Below are positions 58,888 to 64,000 of a DNA stretch of 64,000 nucleotides, piece by piece. The notes beneath the pieces are model-generated. The model ran no database searches. It was not told the DNA's origin and saw nothing but the letters and a program-made list of their open reading frames with translations. Position numbers and translations under genes: made by a program. The stretch is from the IMG/VR virus record IMGVR_UViG_3300028886_000028, positions 32,001 to 96,000 of that record. One strand, given 5' to 3'. The stretch comes from a virus. Taxonomy: Duplodnaviria > Caudoviricetes. Positions within the stretch are counted from its first letter, which is position 1, and each line of letters opens with the position of its first letter.

Positions 58888-59208
58888 GTGAAAAAGATTA
58901 TAAGATTGACGGAATCTGACTTGCATAGAATAATAAAAAGGTCAGTTAGCAAGATATTGAGAGAGGGCGTATTAGGAAACGACTGGCGTCAAAATGAAGA
59001 TGATGCATTAAATAACTACGAGCCATTTGAAGACCAGATTGATAGATATGAAGCTGAAACAGAATTCAGAAATCAACATAGTGATGCATTGGGTTGGAAT
59101 GATGACGAAGCAGAAGGATATGAGGAAGACCCTGATTGGCATAGAGATGATGTTAGCGGGTGGAATGGAGATATATCTGATGGCGATTTATATAGAGGCA
59201 CATGGTAA
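58888..59208 (+). CDS. Small acidic protein with a KKIIRLTESDLHRII leader (GTG start)
   Basis: Shared leader; ATATTTAT at 58863. Confidence 0.7.
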   Translation: MKKIIRLTESDLHRIIKRSVSKILREGVLGNDWRQNEDDALNNYEPFEDQIDRYEAETEFRNQHSDALGWNDDEAEGYEEDPDWHRDDVSGWNGDISDGDLYRGTW

Positions 59209-59328
59209 AAATAAAGTAATCTATATAGATTATATGATTGTGGATGCGGAGTTTATGTTTACAAAAGGAATAAGTAAAAAATGCTTATTCCTTTATTTTT
59301 TTTAATAAATGGCTATTTTTTAAAAAAA

Positions 59329-60756
59329 ATGAACATATTAATAGTTAATTATAATACGCAAAATCTAACTAATGCTTGTATATTAAGTGTTTTAAAAACC
59401 ACTCCTGATGTAAACATATATGTGTTTGATAATAGTGATATTGAACCTTTTAAAAATAGTTATGATAATGTAACTGTAATAGATAACACTAAAGGAGATA
59501 TTATTAATTTTGATAAAATACTTAATAGTTATGATAATAAAACAGAATATGGTGCTGAAAGTGGTTTTGGAACTTTGAAACATACTATGAGTATTGATAA
59601 ATGCTTTGATATAATAAATGATAATTTCATTCTTCTTGATTCTGATGTGTTAGTTAAAAAAGACTTGACGGAATTGTGTGACGAAGGCTGCATATATGTT
59701 GCTGATGAAGAAATAAACGGTAAATCAAAAAAAATGCGTGTATCTCCACATGTTTGTTTTATCAATGTTAATGCATGCAAAAAGTATGGAATAAGGTATT
59801 ATGATGAAAAAAGAATTGTAGGTTTATCAAAAGAATCTGATGATTATGATACTGGTTCATCATTTTATTTTGACTGTAAGGGGCATAAGTCAAAAAAAAT
59901 TACAGAAAAAAATTGGATTGTTCATTACGGTGCCGGAAGTTGGGTTAAGATGACTAAATTAAAAAAAATCAGTGAAGATGAGTGGCTAAAAAAATATATA
60001 GATTTATGGAGTGATAAAAAAAAAGTGAATGAAAGCAATGTTGACATTTTTATTTGTACTCATAAATCATTTGAACCAAAGGTTAAGTCCAGTAAATATA
60101 AAATAATTGATAGTAGATATATAACTGTTGATTTGCCATTGAAAGATGATTTTTTTAGCGAATTTTACCAATATAAATACGTTAATGATAATATTCCTCT
60201 TGAGAAATATGTTGGCTTTTGCCATTATAGAAGGTATTTCAGTTTTTTTGATGATGTGCCTGATTTAGATTATTTATTTTCAAAATGTGATATTATTATA
60301 GGCAAACCAATTAAATATGATTTTTCTATAAAAGAACAATATGAAAGATGTCATAATATAGAAGATTTATACTTGATTGGCGGTATTTTGACTGACAAAT
60401 ATCCTGAGTATTCAGATGTGTGGCATAATTTTATTAATGGTAACACATTTATACCTTATAATATGTTTATAATGAAAAGTGAAGATTTTAAAAAGTATTG
60501 TGAGTTTATTTTTACAATAATGGGAGAATATTTAAAAATTGTAGGCGTTGATATTTATAAAAGAATTGAAAATAACAAAGAACATTATTTGAAACATATT
60601 AAAGATTTACCTCAAAACAGTAAAAGCTGGTATCAATATAGAATAGGAGGGTATATAGGAGAAAGGCTAACAAATATTTTTATCATTAAAAATTTTAGTA
60701 AAGCCATGTATTATAAAGTTATAACTACTGAAGATAAATATAAAACTGACAAATAA
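59329..60756 (+). CDS. Bifunctional glycosyltransferase: GT-A/GT2-like domain fused to DUF4422
   Basis: ILIVNYNT..VFDNSD..LLDSDV (DxD); then IFICTHK..FSE..YVGFCHYRRYF..PYNMFIM..GYIGERL. Confidence 0.8.
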   Translation: MNILIVNYNTQNLTNACILSVLKTTPDVNIYVFDNSDIEPFKNSYDNVTVIDNTKGDIINFDKILNSYDNKTEYGAESGFGTLKHTMSIDKCFDIINDNFILLDSDVLVKKDLTELCDEGCIYVADEEINGKSKKMRVSPHVCFINVNACKKYGIRYYDEKRIVGLSKESDDYDTGSSFYFDCKGHKSKKITEKNWIVHYGAGSWVKMTKLKKISEDEWLKKYIDLWSDKKKVNESNVDIFICTHKSFEPKVKSSKYKIIDSRYITVDLPLKDDFFSEFYQYKYVNDNIPLEKYVGFCHYRRYFSFFDDVPDLDYLFSKCDIIIGKPIKYDFSIKEQYERCHNIEDLYLIGGILTDKYPEYSDVWHNFINGNTFIPYNMFIMKSEDFKKYCEFIFTIMGEYLKIVGVDIYKRIENNKEHYLKHIKDLPQNSKSWYQYRIGGYIGERLTNIFIIKNFSKAMYYKVITTEDKYKTDK

Positions 60757-60779
60757 AATATTAAAAAAAGGATATACGT

Positions 60780-61571
60780 ATGGATAACAAAGAAATTTTA
60801 TATGAAATATCATTAAAGTATAACACATTAAAAATGTATGAAAGTACTATAGAAGAAATGAAAAAAAATAACATTTCCGGAAAATCTTTAGACGCTGTTA
60901 TCTTTGAAAAAAACGTCGTTGAAAAAGAACTTATTGATTTATTGAATCCAAACACTCCTACTCCTGAACATGGATGGCTTAAAAACCCATCAATAAGTAA
61001 TGGCAATGAATTTATTCAAAAATTGCAAAAAAAGGCTGAATATAATAGTTTATATGATATTAGGAAAAATTTTTTTGATGATATAGTTAAAGAGAGTGAT
61101 AATTCTATTGCTAATGATTTTTCTAATGAAATAAATTTTAAAAAGCCGACATATGCTGAAATACAGGAAAAGATTTCAGATTCTCAATGGATTAGTATGT
61201 CTAACTTTATAGTTAATTTTCCTAAAAATAAGGTTAATATTGACGAATGGAGGGTATCTAGTTTTTATTATACTTCAGGAGATATATATGTAATTGTTAA
61301 TGATTTTGCTGAAAAAAAAGATGATGGTAAATATGTTATTTTATCTCAAATAATAGAAGATTTATATGTTAATAGTGAAGATGTAATTGGAAATATAATT
61401 CTTGATGTGGTTAACAACAACGGAGATACGTTATATAGCATTAATTTTTCAAATTGTAAGTTTAGCGATGCTTCTCCGGATTCTTTTACATATGAATCAA
61501 CAGAATTAAGAAAAATTAATTTGCATTTTACTTATGATAATTTTAAAATAATTCCTCCAACTGAAAAATGA
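60780..61571 (+). CDS. Protein with a C-terminal tail-tube-like domain
   Basis: NFIVNFP..IDEW..LDVV..G..F.NC..FTYESTEL..I.L.F.YD parallels the tube protein. Confidence 0.5.
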   Translation: MDNKEILYEISLKYNTLKMYESTIEEMKKNNISGKSLDAVIFEKNVVEKELIDLLNPNTPTPEHGWLKNPSISNGNEFIQKLQKKAEYNSLYDIRKNFFDDIVKESDNSIANDFSNEINFKKPTYAEIQEKISDSQWISMSNFIVNFPKNKVNIDEWRVSSFYYTSGDIYVIVNDFAEKKDDGKYVILSQIIEDLYVNSEDVIGNIILDVVNNNGDTLYSINFSNCKFSDASPDSFTYESTELRKINLHFTYDNFKIIPPTEK

Positions 61572-62065
61572 GGCAACCCATAAAAAAAGGAAAGGTTATT
61601 GATGGTAAAAAGCCCAAGCCAAAAAAAAGGTTAATTAAACCTAATGGCAAATTAGAAAAAACTCATCCTAAGTTTGGCACATCAAAACTCGAACAGGATT
61701 TTGCAGAGCAATTTTTAGACAAACTTGGAGTTGAATATATATGGCAATTTGAAGCAAAAGATATTGGTAGGTTTTATGATTTTAAAATAAAAAATGGCCC
61801 AATAATTGAAATAAATGGCTCTTATTGGCATGGCGACCCTAGGTTATATGAAGAAAAGGATTTGAACAAAACTCAAAAAAACGCAAAAAGAATTGATGAG
61901 TATAAAGAGAAATGGGCTTTAATTAATGGAATACCAATTTACTATATTTGGGAAAAAGACATACGTGAGAACCCATCAAAGGTAATGTTATTTTTGAAAA
62001 AAATATTGTACAAATCTGATATTAAAAAAGAAAAAAATAAAAGGCATAAAAACATTTTGAAATAA
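61568..62065 (+). CDS. DUF559/Vsr-like PD-(D/E)xK endonuclease
   Basis: SKLE..YDF..IIEINGSYWHG..D..K..IWE. Confidence 0.75.
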   Translation: MRQPIKKGKVIDGKKPKPKKRLIKPNGKLEKTHPKFGTSKLEQDFAEQFLDKLGVEYIWQFEAKDIGRFYDFKIKNGPIIEINGSYWHGDPRLYEEKDLNKTQKNAKRIDEYKEKWALINGIPIYYIWEKDIRENPSKVMLFLKKILYKSDIKKEKNKRHKNILK

Positions 62066-62075
62066 AAAAATTATC

Positions 62076-62684
62076 ATGAAAGTTACATTGTATTTAAAAA
62101 TAGAAAATTTTGATGATGGAGATTTTGATATGAATGACGATTATTATAAATCTGATGAAGATTTTTTTAACGCTATGGATGCAGAAAATAGAAAATATTC
62201 AGGCGTTACAAAAGATGCATTATGGCACATTGGAATGAAAAATAAAAGTGATGCAACCAGTTTTGGAACTTTATCAAAATCTTCTAAAAACGCAAAAGAA
62301 AATATTTATAAATCCGAAGCATTACTTTTTGATGAAAAAGGAAATGCTGAAACTGTTGATAATTTAATTACAAATTGTTTTTCTAATGATGTTGTTGTTA
62401 ATATTATAAAATTTAATCGTGAATCTATGGACGAAGAGTTTGAAGAAGATTATAATTTTTGGATTAATGACCATGAAAATATTAATAACCCAAAATATAA
62501 AGAATCACTTGACGAAGAAAAAATTTGGAAAAATGAACCAACAAGGACGTTTTATGCTGAATTTTTAAATAATGCAAATGAAATTAAATACGCTGTTTTT
62601 GAAAATTGTAAAATTTTAGAAAAAGGTGATGAAGATGAATATGCTATATTAGCAGAAAAAATAAGTTTAATAGAAAAAATATAG
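62076..62684 (+). CDS. Hypothetical protein
   Basis: 202-aa acidic ORF. Confidence 0.65.
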   Translation: MKVTLYLKIENFDDGDFDMNDDYYKSDEDFFNAMDAENRKYSGVTKDALWHIGMKNKSDATSFGTLSKSSKNAKENIYKSEALLFDEKGNAETVDNLITNCFSNDVVVNIIKFNRESMDEEFEEDYNFWINDHENINNPKYKESLDEEKIWKNEPTRTFYAEFLNNANEIKYAVFENCKILEKGDEDEYAILAEKISLIEKI

Positions 62685-62686
62685 TT

Positions 62687-64000
62687 ATGCCAGCAAAGAA
62701 AAAACTAACGCCAGAACAAGAAAAAGAAATTAAGTTGTTGCAAGCAAGCAACGAAATGTACGAGCGCGCTAAAGAAGAAACAATGTTGAGGGGCAATAAA
62801 CAGTCCGTAAAGCGAATAGAAATTGCCCAAGAGGAAGTTCAGCAAAAAATGAAAAGTATTATGGATGGTACTATTAAAAACATAGAAATTCCTAAAGAAG
62901 ATTTACAAGAAGTAATTATCGAGCATAAACCGATTATTGAAACAGAAGAAAGCATAAACAATTTAAATGAACCTTCTTTTTTGGATTTTCCATCTAATAA
63001 AGAGACAGATTCAATTTTTGATATTTTGGAAAGCCATAAAAAAGAAGAAGAATTGAAGATTAAAAAGCATAAAAGGCGCGAAACAGAAACATATGCTGAA
63101 GAAGAATTGAAATATGGAGAAGAAATAGTAAATCCAACCAATACTACATTCAATAATACAGATAGTAATGCTCAATATGACGTAATTTCATTGCCTAGTA
63201 ACGGAGAATGTTATAAGAGTAAAATTGGAAGAGTACCAGTTTCATATCTAACTGCATATGATGAAAATATTATAACATCGCCAAATCTTTATAGGGATGG
63301 ACTTGTTATTGATTATTTGCTAAAGAATAAAATAGTTAACAAAGATATTAATGTAGAAGAATTAGTTAGTGGTGATGTTGATGCTATTGTATTGTTCTTG
63401 AGAGCGACAAGTTATGGCATAGATTTTCCTGTATCTGTATCAGACCCAGAAACTGGTGAAAATATAGAAACAACAGTTGATTTAACAAAAATAAAATCAA
63501 AAGAATTTAAGTTAAAAGGTGATGAAAATGGGCATTTTACATACACTCTTCCTAATTCAGGAGTGGAAGTAAAATTTAAATATTTAACAAGAAAAGAAGA
63601 AAACGATTTGAGGCTTCTTTCAAGAATAGAAGGGGAAGGCGCAGCTGCTTTAGACTTAAGGGATTCAAATAGGGTTATCAGCGGCATTTTAAAATCTGAT
63701 ACTGTTCTGGATAGCAAAGAAAAATCTGTAATACTTGAAGCAACAAGAAAAATAGATGAGTGGGCTAAAAAAATAGAAAGCAAAAATAGTAATAAATTCA
63801 ATAAGGCAATTACCAATAGAATGGAAATGCAAATTATGGCTATAAACGGAAATTATGATAAAGAATACATAAGAAAGGCCATATATAATATGCCGGCTAA
63901 TGATTCACTTAAATTAAGAAGGTACATAATTGAAAATGAGCCTGGTTTGAATTTTGAAGTTGAAATAGAAAGACCTGAGAGTCTTGGAGGTGGCTCATTT
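62687..64000 (+). CDS. Baseplate hub assembly protein (T4 gp26-like), runs off the window; not in the ORF track
   Basis: ATG at 62687 (MPAKKKL..), in frame with ISLPSNGECY..YLTAYDENIITS..GDVDAIVLFLRATSYG..DP..VDL..LP.S..FKYLT. Confidence 0.75.
   Translation, partial: MPAKKKLTPEQEKEIKLLQASNEMYERAKEETMLRGNKQSVKRIEIAQEEVQQKMKSIMDGTIKNIEIPKEDLQEVIIEHKPIIETEESINNLNEPSFLDFPSNKETDSIFDILESHKKEEELKIKKHKRRETETYAEEELKYGEEIVNPTNTTFNNTDSNAQYDVISLPSNGECYKSKIGRVPVSYLTAYDENIITSPNLYRDGLVIDYLLKNKIVNKDINVEELVSGDVDAIVLFLRATSYGIDFPVSVSDPETGENIETTVDLTKIKSKEFKLKGDENGHFTYTLPNSGVEVKFKYLTRKEENDLRLLSRIEGEGAAALDLRDSNRVISGILKSDTVLDSKEKSVILEATRKIDEWAKKIESKNSNKFNKAITNRMEMQIMAINGNYDKEYIRKAIYNMPANDSLKLRRYIIENEPGLNFEVEIERPESLGGGSF

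Noticed and set aside
61568-62065. Mobile homing endonuclease
   Set aside because: Only a compact Vsr/DUF559-like domain coupled to its neighbours; no DNA-binding repeats or insertion signature.
1660-63816. Many short antisense or alternate-frame ORFs in the track (e.g. 1660..2166, 7693..8268, 15693..16169, 48125..48622, 62839..63153, 63412..63816)
   Set aside because: They are shadows of long, well-supported genes on the other strand or frame; the last two lie opposite the uncalled baseplate hub gene.
1-64000. Stop-codon reassignment (TAG=Gln as in Lak and some crAss-like phages)
   Set aside because: Genes are long and intact in code 11, and TAG ends genes at natural points (9553, 15328, 44119, 62684); paralogue 2 ends WTKVEQ-TAG exactly where paralogue 1 ends WTKVEQ-TAA.
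1-64000. tRNA, rRNA, integrase or attachment sites
   Set aside because: Intergenic gaps are short and AT-rich and are explained by terminators and promoters; no cloverleaf or recombinase motifs recognised by eye.

Overview
AT-rich segment of a large contractile-tailed (myovirus-type, probably jumbo) phage genome. It uses the standard genetic code (TAG is a real stop) and most likely infects a Bacteroidota host, because the replication and nucleotide genes carry TAnnTTTG-type promoters. Layout: 1-17.2 kb is a fibre/receptor-binding cluster (repeat fibres, an Ig + C-type-lectin + LRR protein, a beta-helix spike, a DUF4376-like chaperone, two BspA-LRR paralogues). 17-22 kb is a minus-strand block (IMPDH/GMPR-like enzyme, dUTPase, degenerate HD protein, glycosyltransferase). 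22-36 kb holds putative virion proteins. 36-43 kb holds a family B DNA polymerase and an SNF2 helicase. 43-64 kb holds neck, tail terminator, sheath, tube, a tube-like paralogue and baseplate hub genes, interleaved with kinase-like, ADP-ribosyltransferase-like, ArdC-like and glycosyltransferase genes. Main hypotheses, all from reading by eye: (1) a shared 'KKIIRLTESDLHxII..(I/L)xE' peptide tags many unrelated late proteins and may be a capsid-targeting/protease-cleavage signal for a packaged effector arsenal; (2) an [S/T]-[G/A]-x-T motif pervades the structural proteins and may be a sequon for phage-encoded glycosylation; (3) C-terminal D-x-G-x-[Y/F] motifs and matching N-terminal domains may chain fibre segments together; (4) (A/C)TATTTAT is a phage-specific late promoter, palindromic at divergent genes; (5) GATC appears to be strongly avoided. 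No tRNA, rRNA, CRISPR array, reverse transcriptase or integrase was seen.
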